A DNA stretch of 64,000 nt. Origin: Escherichia phage JN02. The stretch is taken from sequence record MT782071.1. One strand, written 5' to 3'. The position numbers and the translations under genes were made by a program. This document shows, piece by piece, positions 55,074 through 64,000 of the stretch. Within the stretch, counting starts at the first letter, position 1. Every line of letters begins with the position of its first letter. Under the pieces are notes generated by a model that worked only from the letters and a program-made list of their open reading frames with translations, made no database searches and was not told where the DNA came from.

Positions 55074-55103
55074 ATAGTAACATACTCATTTGAAAGCGTA
55101 AAC
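55074..55103 (-). promoter_or_regulatory. T4 early-type promoter for rnh (GTTTAC, 18 nt, TGtTACTAT)
   Basis: Minus-strand aGTTTACgctttcaaatgagtatgTTACTATagac. Confidence 0.55.
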
Positions 55104-55106
55104 TGG

Positions 55107-55114
55107 TATAAATA
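55107..55114 (+). promoter_or_regulatory. late promoter TATAAATA for gene 34
   Basis: Exact TATAAATA about 30 nt before the gene 34 ATG; abuts the divergent early -35 element. Confidence 0.55.
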
Positions 55115-55144
55115 AGTATTATTGAAACAATAAAGGAAAAACGA

Positions 55145-58100
55145 ATGGCCGACATCAAACGTAAGTTCAGAGCCGAAGACGGTCTGGACGCCGGTGGCGA
55201 CAAGATTGTTAACGTAGCATTAGCCGACCGTACAGTAGGTACTGATGGCGTAAACGTTGACTTCCTGGTACAAGAAAACACCGTTCAAGTATATGATTCT
55301 ACGCGTGGATATAACAAAGGATTTGTTGTTCTTTATGACAACCGTTTATATCAAGCAATAAATGATATTGTGTCTCCTTCCGGGGCATTTAACCTTTTAC
55401 AATGGCGCGCAGTTCGTACTGATGCACAATGGATAACTGTCGCTTCTGGGACTTATCAACTTTCTTCAGGTGAATCGATTTCGGTTAACACTGGTGCCGG
55501 CAATGATATGGTTTTCACGTTGCCAAATGCGCCGGTTGATGGTGATACTGTTGTTTTGGCTGATATTGGTGGAAGAACCGGTACAGTTAAAGTACAGATT
55601 AACGCGTCTGTGCAGAGTATTTTAAACTTTAGAGGTGAACAAGTTCGTACAGTTTTAATGACGCGCCCCCGTTCACAACTATTGTTTGTGTTTAGTAATC
55701 GTTTGTGGCAGATGTATATTACCGATTATGGTAAAGAATCAATCACTGTTACACCTGCGACACCATATCAAGCACAAGCAAATGATTTTATCGTTCGTCG
55801 TTTTACTAGTGCAGCACCAATCAACATTACACTTCCACGTAATGCTAACAATGGTGATATAATCAGCCTAGTCGATTTAGATGGATTAAACCCACTGTAT
55901 CATACAATTGTTAAAACATTTGATGATACAACGTCTATTGGCGAAGTCGGGACTCATATTGCCGAAGGCAGAAATGACTCTGACGCGTTTTTTGTTTTTG
56001 ATGCTGCAAGTAGTTTATGGCGTATATGGGAAGGCGACCAGAAATCACGTCTTCGTATTATCCGTGCGGATTCAAATATTCGTCCAAATGAAGAAGTTCT
56101 TATTTTTGGCACAAATAACGCTACAGCCGGAACTATTAATCTTACGCTGCCTTCCGGAATTTTGAGTGGTGACACTGTTAAAATTTCAATGAACTACATG
56201 CGTAAAGGCCAAACAGTAAAAATTAAAGCTGCCGAAGGTGATACAATTGCTTCTTCTGTTGCGTTGCTTCAGTTCCCTAAACGTTCTGAATATCCACCTG
56301 ATGCTCAATGGGTCTCTGTTACTGAACTAGAATTCAATGGCACTACTTCATATGTTCCTGTATTAGAATTAGCGTATATCGAAGACACCGTTGCTGGTAC
56401 ACGTTATTGGGTTGTGCAACAGAATGTCCCTACGGTAGAACGTGTTGATGCTGGATCCGATACAACTAGAGCTCGTGTAGGTGTTATTGCTCTTGCTACT
56501 CAAGCGCAAGCAAATGTTGATTTTGAAAATTCTCCAGCTAAAGAAGTGGCTATTACTCCTGAAACGTTGGCAAATCGTACAGCAACTGAAGCTCGACGTG
56601 GTATCGCTAAAATTGCTACAACAGCACAAGTTAACCAGAATTCCACAGCATCATTTGTGGACGATACTATTGTTACGCCTAAAAAACTAAATGAGCGTAC
56701 AGCAACTGAAACTCGTCGCGGTCTTGCTGAAATTGCTACTCAGACTGAAACCGATGCTGGTCTTGATGACACAACGATTATTACACCTAAGAAATTGCAG
56801 GCACGTCAGGGCTCTGAAACGCTGTCTGGTATAGTTAAATATGTATCGACTACTTCTGCTACTCCTGCTGAAACTCGTGGGGCTGCAGGCACTAACGTTT
56901 ATAATAAAACCGTAAATAATTTAACTATTTCTCCTAAAGCCCTTGACCAATATAAAGCAACTTATGCTCAACAAGGTGCAGTAATTTTAGCTGTTGATAG
57001 TGAAGTAATTGCTGGTCAATCACAAGCAGGTTATTCTCACGCTGTAGTAACTCCTGAAACACTACATAAGAAAACTTCTACTGATGGACGTATTGGTTTA
57101 ATTGAAATTGCTACGCAAGCAGAAACTAATGCTGGGACTGATTATACACGTGCAGTAACGCCTAAGACGTTAAATGATAGGAAAGCGACGGAAGGATTAT
57201 CCGGCATAGCCGAAATTGCTACGCAAGTTGAATTTGATACTGGAACTGATGATACTCGTATCTCGACTCCACTTAAAATTAAAACTCATTTTGATTCTTC
57301 TGACCGTACCGGTGTTAATTCTGATTCCGGACTTATTGAAGAAGGAACCTTGTGGAACCATTATACTCTTGATATTTCTAAAGCAAATGAAACACAACGT
57401 GGTACACTTCGCGTAGCGACCCAGGCAGAATCTAATGCAGGAACTTTAGATGATGTTCTTATTACTCCTAAAAAGCTTTTAGGGACTAAGTCCACTGAAA
57501 CGTCTGAAGGCGTAATTAAGGTTGCTACTCAGGCTGAAACTGTAACAGGAACTTCTGCTAATACTGCTGTATCTCCTAAGAATTTAAAATGGATTGTGCA
57601 GAGTGAACCAACATGGGCTGCTACTACAGCAATTCGTGGATTCGTTAAAACTTCATCCGGTTCTATTACATTCGTTGGTAATGATACAGTCGGTTCTACA
57701 CAGAACTTAGAGCTATACGAGAAAAATAGCTATGCAGTATCACCATATGAATTAAACCGTGTATTAGCAAATTATTTGCCATTAAAAGCAAAAGCTGCTG
57801 ACGCAAATTTATTGGATGGTCTAGATTCATCTCAGTTCATTCGTAGGGACATTGCACAGACGGTTAATGGTTCACTAACCTTAACCCAACAAACGAATCT
57901 GAGTGCCCCTCTTGTATCATCTAGTACTGCTACGTTTGGTGGTTCAGTTTCGGCAAATAGTACATTAACTATTTCTAATACTGGAACGGCAACTCGTCTG
58001 ATTTTTGAGAAAGGACCTCAAACTGGAACTAACCCAGCACAGTCAATGAGCATCCGTGTATGGGGAAATGAATTTGGTGGCGGTTCAGATACAACACGTT

Positions 58101-59020
58101 CTACTGTATTTGAAGTTGGTGATGAAACATCTAATCACTTTTATTCTCAGCGTAATAAAGCTGGGAATATAGCGTTTAGCATTAATGGTACTGTAATGCC
58201 AATAAACATTAATGCTTCCGGTTTGATGAATGTTAATGGCGTTGCAACGTTCGGTCGTTCAGTTACAGCCAATGGCGAATTCATCAGCAAGTCTGCAAAT
58301 GCTTTCAGAGCAATAAACGGTGATTATGGATTCTTTATTCGTAATGATGCTACTAACACCTATTTTATGCTTACTGCATCAGGTGATCAGACTGGTGGAT
58401 TTAATGGATTACGTCCTTTAGCTATTAGCAATACATCTGGTCAAGTAACGATTGGTGAAAGCTTAATCATTGCCAAAGGTGCTACTATAAATTCAGGCGG
58501 TTTAACTGTTAACTCGAGAATTCGTTCTCAGGGTACTAAAACATCTGATTTATATACCCGTGCACCAACATCTGATACTGTAGGATTCTGGTCAATTGAC
58601 ATTAATGATTCAGCTACTTATAACCAATTCCCAGGTTATTTTAAAATGGTTGAAAAAACTAATGAAGTGACTGGACTTCCATACTTAGAACGTGGTGAAG
58701 AAGTTAAATCTCCTGGTACATTGACTCAGTTTGGTAACACACTTGATTCGCTTTACCAAGATTGGATTACTTATCCAACAACTCCAGAAGCACGTACAAC
58801 CCGTTGGACACGTACATGGCAGAAAACTAAAAATTCTTGGTCAAGTTTTGTTCAGGTATTTGATGGTGGAAACCCTCCTCAACCTTCTGATATTGGCGCT
58901 TTACCTTCTGATAATGCAACAATCGGAAACTTGACAATAAGGGATTTCTTAAGGATTGGTAATGTCCGCATTATTCCAGACCCTGTGAATAAATCTGTTA
59001 AATTCGAGTGGATTGAATAA
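55145..59020 (+). CDS. 34: long tail fibre proximal subunit
   Basis: 1291 aa (T4 gp34 1289 aa); N-terminus MADIKRKFRAEDGLDAGGDKIVNVALADRTVGTDGVNVDFL; internal TPKxL...TExxRG repeats. Confidence 0.95.
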   Translation: MADIKRKFRAEDGLDAGGDKIVNVALADRTVGTDGVNVDFLVQENTVQVYDSTRGYNKGFVVLYDNRLYQAINDIVSPSGAFNLLQWRAVRTDAQWITVASGTYQLSSGESISVNTGAGNDMVFTLPNAPVDGDTVVLADIGGRTGTVKVQINASVQSILNFRGEQVRTVLMTRPRSQLLFVFSNRLWQMYITDYGKESITVTPATPYQAQANDFIVRRFTSAAPINITLPRNANNGDIISLVDLDGLNPLYHTIVKTFDDTTSIGEVGTHIAEGRNDSDAFFVFDAASSLWRIWEGDQKSRLRIIRADSNIRPNEEVLIFGTNNATAGTINLTLPSGILSGDTVKISMNYMRKGQTVKIKAAEGDTIASSVALLQFPKRSEYPPDAQWVSVTELEFNGTTSYVPVLELAYIEDTVAGTRYWVVQQNVPTVERVDAGSDTTRARVGVIALATQAQANVDFENSPAKEVAITPETLANRTATEARRGIAKIATTAQVNQNSTASFVDDTIVTPKKLNERTATETRRGLAEIATQTETDAGLDDTTIITPKKLQARQGSETLSGIVKYVSTTSATPAETRGAAGTNVYNKTVNNLTISPKALDQYKATYAQQGAVILAVDSEVIAGQSQAGYSHAVVTPETLHKKTSTDGRIGLIEIATQAETNAGTDYTRAVTPKTLNDRKATEGLSGIAEIATQVEFDTGTDDTRISTPLKIKTHFDSSDRTGVNSDSGLIEEGTLWNHYTLDISKANETQRGTLRVATQAESNAGTLDDVLITPKKLLGTKSTETSEGVIKVATQAETVTGTSANTAVSPKNLKWIVQSEPTWAATTAIRGFVKTSSGSITFVGNDTVGSTQNLELYEKNSYAVSPYELNRVLANYLPLKAKAADANLLDGLDSSQFIRRDIAQTVNGSLTLTQQTNLSAPLVSSSTATFGGSVSANSTLTISNTGTATRLIFEKGPQTGTNPAQSMSIRVWGNEFGGGSDTTRSTVFEVGDETSNHFYSQRNKAGNIAFSINGTVMPININASGLMNVNGVATFGRSVTANGEFISKSANAFRAINGDYGFFIRNDATNTYFMLTASGDQTGGFNGLRPLAISNTSGQVTIGESLIIAKGATINSGGLTVNSRIRSQGTKTSDLYTRAPTSDTVGFWSIDINDSATYNQFPGYFKMVEKTNEVTGLPYLERGEEVKSPGTLTQFGNTLDSLYQDWITYPTTPEARTTRWTRTWQKTKNSWSSFVQVFDGGNPPQPSDIGALPSDNATIGNLTIRDFLRIGNVRIIPDPVNKSVKFEWIE

Positions 59021-59028
59021 GAGGTATT

Positions 59029-60156
59029 ATGGAAAAATTTATGGCTAAGTTTGGACAAGGATACGTCCAAACGCCATTTTTATCGGAAAGCAATTCAGTA
59101 CGATTTAAATTAAGCATAGCGGGATCTTGCCCGCTATCAACATCTCCTGCTTATATTAAGTTCCAAGATAATCCACTTGGGTCCCAGGTTTTTTCCGTTG
59201 GATTAAACGTTCGTGTAATAAATCCTACAACAGGTGCAGTAGTTGAATCTAAGTCATATAATTTCTCTACTGAAAACGACGCCACATCAAGTGCATTTGT
59301 TACTTACATGGACACATATGCTTCAAATTTTATATTTGCTCTTGTTACTAACGCTAAAACAAACTTTCCGCCAGAAGTTCTTGCATGGTTTACTAAAGCT
59401 GGGAGTTCTGTTATTCCATTAGCTCAACAAGTTTTAAATATAGTGGACATTTCCTATTCGGCATTTTATATTTCTGGTAAGAATGCTATAGCACTAGAAC
59501 ATATTAAGTATAGTAATAAGAAAACTTCAACCGACTATAGTACACCACTTGATGTTGTGTACGACACGATTGATGATATTGGTGCTACCGGCTTCCCTAG
59601 ACGTACGTACGAATCGACAGACACATTTTTATCTGCCATTGGAGGTACTAATAATGAAATTAAAAGGATGCCTACAACATCCATTATTACACCTCTCGCT
59701 GGGTATAAATTGAAGCCTGGAGATTTCCTTTATATGAAATTCCAACTAATGGCTGATGCTGATTTGTTAGCACAAGGGACGACACGACTTTCTATTCGTT
59801 TCTTTAAATCTCCTTCTACTTCACCTATTTCATTTAAGGATATAAACTTTGATGGAGGCGCAGGTGAATGGAAGATATATGAAGACTACATAGAAATTCC
59901 TGCTGGTGCTGACGGGTTCACGATTTATTGTTATCGTACAGCTCCAGTCGGGCAAGGTGGATTAAGAAACGTTATATTCACTGAAGTATCATGTAATGGA
60001 AGCGTTTCAAAACCTGCGGAGTTTGGTATAAATGGTATTCGTGTAAATTATGTTTCAGAATCTTTAAGTGCTCCAGACATAATGACATTACCTACTCAAT
60101 CTTCAACTGATACCGGTAAGGTATTTGGACAAGAATTTAAAGAAGCATCAGAATAA
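59029..60156 (+). CDS. 35: long tail fibre hinge (knee) protein
   Basis: 375 aa (T4 gp35 372 aa); synteny. Confidence 0.9.
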   Translation: MEKFMAKFGQGYVQTPFLSESNSVRFKLSIAGSCPLSTSPAYIKFQDNPLGSQVFSVGLNVRVINPTTGAVVESKSYNFSTENDATSSAFVTYMDTYASNFIFALVTNAKTNFPPEVLAWFTKAGSSVIPLAQQVLNIVDISYSAFYISGKNAIALEHIKYSNKKTSTDYSTPLDVVYDTIDDIGATGFPRRTYESTDTFLSAIGGTNNEIKRMPTTSIITPLAGYKLKPGDFLYMKFQLMADADLLAQGTTRLSIRFFKSPSTSPISFKDINFDGGAGEWKIYEDYIEIPAGADGFTIYCYRTAPVGQGGLRNVIFTEVSCNGSVSKPAEFGINGIRVNYVSESLSAPDIMTLPTQSSTDTGKVFGQEFKEASE

Positions 60157-60161
60157 ATTTA

Positions 60162-60194
60162 GGGAGACTTCGGTCTCCCATTTTTGTATAAATA
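60162..60194 (+). promoter_or_regulatory. terminator GGGAGAC-UUCG-GUCUCCC + U-run followed by late promoter TATAAATA for gene 36
   Basis: Hairpin at about 60162-60179, TTTTTG, then TATAAATA at about 60187-60194. Confidence 0.7.
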
Positions 60195-60218
60195 TGGTAT
60201 ACATATAAGGAGACAACT

Positions 60219-60884
60219 ATGGCCGATTTAAAAGCTGGTAGTACAACTGGCGGTGCCGTTATATGGCATCAAGGTAATTTCCCTTTAATGCCAGCAGGTG
60301 ATGACGTCCTGTATAAAACGTTTAAACTCTATTCAGAATATAATAAACCACAAGCTGCTGATAACGATTTCGTTTCTAAAGCTAATGGTGGTACGTATGC
60401 CGCTCGAGTAACATTTAATAATGGTGTGCAAGTACCTTATGCCGTAAATAACACAAATCAAAGCGGTATTTATCCTGGCAATGGTGATGCTGCTACTTTT
60501 GATACAGCAAATATTGATATTGTTTCATGGTATGGCATTGGTTTTAAATCATCACAAGGATCTGCAGGTAGAACTGTTGTTGTTAACACTCGTACCGGTG
60601 ATATCAGCACTAAGGGTGGTATTTATGCAAATGGACCCGTCCGTTCTAACGCTACCGCTCCAGTTGCAGCAAATGATCTCACAAGAAAAGATTATGTTGA
60701 TGGACGAATAAATATTGTTACGGATAACGCAAATTCCCGTGTATTGCGTTCTGGCGATACCATGGCTGGTACTTTAACAGCACCAAACTTTTTCTCACAG
60801 AATCCGGCGTCTGAGGCTAATCATGTTCCTCGTTTCGACCAGATTGTAATTAAAGATTCTGTTCAAGATTTCGGCTATTATTAA
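60219..60884 (+). CDS. 36: long tail fibre distal small subunit
   Basis: 221 aa, same as T4 gp36; synteny. Confidence 0.93.
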   Translation: MADLKAGSTTGGAVIWHQGNFPLMPAGDDVLYKTFKLYSEYNKPQAADNDFVSKANGGTYAARVTFNNGVQVPYAVNNTNQSGIYPGNGDAATFDTANIDIVSWYGIGFKSSQGSAGRTVVVNTRTGDISTKGGIYANGPVRSNATAPVAANDLTRKDYVDGRINIVTDNANSRVLRSGDTMAGTLTAPNFFSQNPASEANHVPRFDQIVIKDSVQDFGYY

Positions 60885-60892
60885 GAGGACTT

Positions 60893-63800
60893 ATGGCTAC
60901 ATTAAAACAGATACAATTTAAAAGAAGCAAAGTGGCAGGAGTTAATCCTACTGCAGCACAATTAGCCGAAGGCGAATTAGCGATAAACTTAAAAGATCGA
61001 ACTCTTTTTACTAAAGATGACCTCGGTAATATTATTAGCCTAGGCTTTGCTAAGGGCGGGGATATTAACGGTAATGTAACTCAAAATGGTGATTATTTAC
61101 AAAACGGCACATATAATCTTAATGGAACCCAGTTTGTTTATGCAGGAAAGTATATTGAATTCTTGCCAAAAACTGCTGGAAATGGCGCTTGGGCTAACCA
61201 ACATCAGAATAAAGCCCCTATCTTTACAGATTTGAGTTCAACTACTTCAACTTCTGAATACCACCCTTTGATTAAGCAACGTTATAAAGATGGTACTTTT
61301 TCAGTAGGTACATTAGTAAGCGAAGGCTCATTTAGAGTCCATTATATTGATTCTACAGCTCCAGACAATTCTAAACACTGGGTCTTTAACCGTAATGGTA
61401 ATTTTATTGTAGATTCTGGTAGTATTGAGGTCCGCACAGGTAATATTTCTGCGTCCGGAAATATTAACTCCGCTAATGGTATAGTTTCTGCTCCACAAGT
61501 TAATACGAAAACCATTGTTTTGGACACAAAAGCATTCGGACAATATGATTCGCAATCATTAGTTCAATATGTTTATCCTGGAACAGGTGAAGAAAATGGT
61601 ATAAACTATCTTCGTAAAGTTCGAGCTAAATCGGGCGGAACTATTTACCATGAAATCGCTTCAGCTCAAACTGGTAAGAATGATGAAATTTCTTGGTGGA
61701 CCGGAAATACACTTACTACTAAATTAATGGGTCTTCGTAATGATGGCGCAATGGTATTACGTCGTTCACTTGCTATTGGCACAATTACCACTGATGAAAA
61801 TACTAACAACTATGGCTCTCCTACTCCAATGGGAGAAAGATATATTGCTTTGGGCGATGCTGCAACTGGTTTAAAATATATTAAGCAAGGCGTTTATGAT
61901 TTAGTAGGTAATTGGAATTCTGTTGCTTCTATTACTCCTGATAGTTTCCGTAGTACTCGTAAAGCATTATTTGGACGCTCAGAAGACCAAGGCGGAACCT
62001 GGACAATGCCTGGAACCAACGCCGCGCTTTTATCGGTTCAAACCCAGGCTGATACAAACAATGCAGGTGATGGTCAAACCCACATTGGATATAATTCTGG
62101 CGGTAAATTTTCTCATTATTTCCGTGGTACAGGTCAGATGAATATCAATACCCAACAAGGTATGGAACTTAACCCAGGTATTCTTAAACTGGTAACCGGC
62201 GCAAATAATATACAGTTTTATGCCGACGGAACTATTTCTTCCATTCAACCTATTAAATTAGATAACGAGATATTTTTAACTAAATCTGATAATAGTGCAG
62301 GTCTTAAATTCGGAGCCCCTAGCCAAGTTGATGGCACAAGGGTTATCCAGTGGAATGGCGGCACTCGCGCTGGTCAGAATAAGAGTTATGTAACTGTAAA
62401 GGCTTGGGGTAATTCATTTAACGCATCCGGCGATCGTACTCGTGAAACAGTTTTTGAAGTAGCTGACGGGCAGGGATATTATTTTTATTCTCAGCGCGTA
62501 GCTCCAACCGGTTCAGAAACTGTGGGACCTGTTGTAACCCAGTTCAATGGACAAGTTAATGCTAGAGGGAGCATTATCACCGATGGAAGTCTTAGAGTTA
62601 ATGGATTAAGTGCATTATCCGGACAAGTTACTATGGATAACGGGCTTGTTTTATCCGGTGGTGGTTCTATTACCGGCCAAGTTAAAATCGGTAATACCGT
62701 AGATGCTTTCCGTATTTACAATGCTGAATATGGAGCTATTTTCCGTCGTTCTGAAGCGTCTTTGCATATTATACCTACACTTAAAGATGCAGGTGAAAGT
62801 GGTGGAATAAGTAATCTCCGTCCACTAAGTATTAGTCTTAATAATGGTATGGTTCAAATGCGCCATTCTGTTACGTTAGGTGATGATGGTGCTGGCGGTA
62901 ATATGGTGACCGTTGATAATGATAATAAACTTGTTGTTATAACTAGCCATAGTCGCATTTCTCCTAATTACCGTATGCAGTTAGGTCAGTCGGCATACAT
63001 TGATGCAGAATGTACTGATACTGCACGACCTGCTGGAGCCGGTTCTTTTGCTTCACAAAATAATGAAAACGTTCGTGCTCCGTTCTATATGAATATTGAT
63101 AGAACAGATACAAGCACTTATGTTCCTATTGTGAAACAAAGATACGTTCAAAATAATAGTTGCTATTCTATTGGTACTTTAATTAATGGTGGTAACTTTA
63201 GAGTTCATTATCACGAAGGTGGTGACGGCGTTTCTACTGGTGCTGTTATAAAGGATCTTGGATGGGAATTTAATAAAAACGGTGATTTTTATTCTCCTGG
63301 TAAATTAGGCGCTGGTAATGTTCGTATTGGTACTGATGGTAATATCACTGGCGGTTCTGGTAATTTTGCTAACTTGAATACCACAATAAATAACCTTAAG
63401 ACGGATATTGTCTCAAGTTATCCAATTGGTGCTCCGATTCCTTGGCCTACTGATACACCTCCTGAAGGTTACGCCATAATGGAAGGTCAAACATTTGATG
63501 CTGAGTTGTATCCTAAGTTAGCTGCTGTGTATCCTTCCGGCTCTCTGCCTGATATGCGTGGTCAAACTATCAAGGGTAAACCATCTGGGCGTGCTGTATT
63601 AAGTACAGAAGCAGACGGTGTTAAGTCACATAGCCATAGTGCAAGTGCATCAAGCACAGATTTGGGTACTAAAAATACGTCAAGTTTTGATTATGGTAGC
63701 AAAACGACTTCAAGCTTTGATTATGGTACTAAGACCAGTAATACCACTGGCAACCATAACCATACAGTAAGTGGTAATACTAGTTCCGCTGGTGCTCACC

Positions 63801-64000
63801 AACACGCGCGTTCAGGCCCTCAGATACAAGCCGGCATACCCAATAACATATTCTATGACGGATATAATAGTGTAGGTGCAAACGCCAACGCTAAATTCAC
63901 TGGATCCGTGAATGGTGCTACTGCAGGGTCGAATATAGCCAAAACTTCTTCAGATGGTGCTCATACTCATAGTTGGTCAGGTACTACAAGTACCACAGGT
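60893..64000 (+). CDS. 37: long tail fibre distal (receptor-binding) subunit, 5' part; runs off the window
   Basis: AAGAGGA RBS; N-terminus [37 protein letters not shown] matches T4 gp37; frame appeared open to the window edge where checked (first ~750 nt and C-terminal stretch); His-rich HxH region at the end. Confidence 0.93.
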   Translation, partial: MATLKQIQFKRSKVAGVNPTAAQLAEGELAINLKDRTLFTKDDLGNIISLGFAKGGDINGNVTQNGDYLQNGTYNLNGTQFVYAGKYIEFLPKTAGNGAWANQHQNKAPIFTDLSSTTSTSEYHPLIKQRYKDGTFSVGTLVSEGSFRVHYIDSTAPDNSKHWVFNRNGNFIVDSGSIEVRTGNISASGNINSANGIVSAPQVNTKTIVLDTKAFGQYDSQSLVQYVYPGTGEENGINYLRKVRAKSGGTIYHEIASAQTGKNDEISWWTGNTLTTKLMGLRNDGAMVLRRSLAIGTITTDENTNNYGSPTPMGERYIALGDAATGLKYIKQGVYDLVGNWNSVASITPDSFRSTRKALFGRSEDQGGTWTMPGTNAALLSVQTQADTNNAGDGQTHIGYNSGGKFSHYFRGTGQMNINTQQGMELNPGILKLVTGANNIQFYADGTISSIQPIKLDNEIFLTKSDNSAGLKFGAPSQVDGTRVIQWNGGTRAGQNKSYVTVKAWGNSFNASGDRTRETVFEVADGQGYYFYSQRVAPTGSETVGPVVTQFNGQVNARGSIITDGSLRVNGLSALSGQVTMDNGLVLSGGGSITGQVKIGNTVDAFRIYNAEYGAIFRRSEASLHIIPTLKDAGESGGISNLRPLSISLNNGMVQMRHSVTLGDDGAGGNMVTVDNDNKLVVITSHSRISPNYRMQLGQSAYIDAECTDTARPAGAGSFASQNNENVRAPFYMNIDRTDTSTYVPIVKQRYVQNNSCYSIGTLINGGNFRVHYHEGGDGVSTGAVIKDLGWEFNKNGDFYSPGKLGAGNVRIGTDGNITGGSGNFANLNTTINNLKTDIVSSYPIGAPIPWPTDTPPEGYAIMEGQTFDAELYPKLAAVYPSGSLPDMRGQTIKGKPSGRAVLSTEADGVKSHSHSASASSTDLGTKNTSSFDYGSKTTSSFDYGTKTSNTTGNHNHTVSGNTSSAGAHQHARSGPQIQAGIPNNIFYDGYNSVGANANAKFTGSVNGATAGSNIAKTSSDGAHTHSWSGTTSTTG

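Noticed and set aside
55908-57416. Short ORFs on both strands inside gene 34 (55908-56165, 55954-56175, 56369-56629, 56481-56690, 57197-57397, 57216-57416)
   Set aside because: Embedded in the conserved long-tail-fibre gene; the Leu/Lys-rich translations are artefacts of the repetitive fibre sequence.
61328-62248. Four track ORFs inside the gene 37 region
   Set aside because: The real gene here is gene 37 on the plus strand, open to the window edge; these are alternate-frame or antisense fragments.

Overview
This window is a near-contiguous segment of a T4-like (T-even, Tequatrovirus-type) myophage genome, read by eye with gene order and protein sequences matching phage T4 from memory. Plus strand: fibritin (wac, 3' part), neck 13/14, 15, terminase 16/17, sheath 18, tube 19, portal 20, prohead core 67/68, protease 21, scaffold 22, major capsid 23, vertex 24, then uvsW/uvsW.1, baseplate hub 51-27-28-29-48-54 and long tail fibre 34-35-36-37 (37 runs off the 3' edge and is absent from the ORF track). 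Minus strand: rnlB, hoc, inh, uvsY, 25/26, alt, DNA ligase 30, the 30.x small-gene cluster, rIII-like, 31, cd, pseT, a spanin pair, alc, rnlA, denA, nrdB, nrdA, td, frd, 32, 59, 33, dsbA, rnh. Most notable departures from T4 as I recall it: a complete class-I DAHP synthase (aroG-like) fused into the cd operon, a Hoc lengthened by a tandem Ig-domain duplication, an antisense early-promoter gene between 23 and 24, and no seg homing endonucleases or introns in td/nrdB. No tRNA, CRISPR or transposable element was seen. CDS coordinates follow the ORF track (stop included); motif coordinates were counted by eye and may be off by 1-2 nt. No database search was run.
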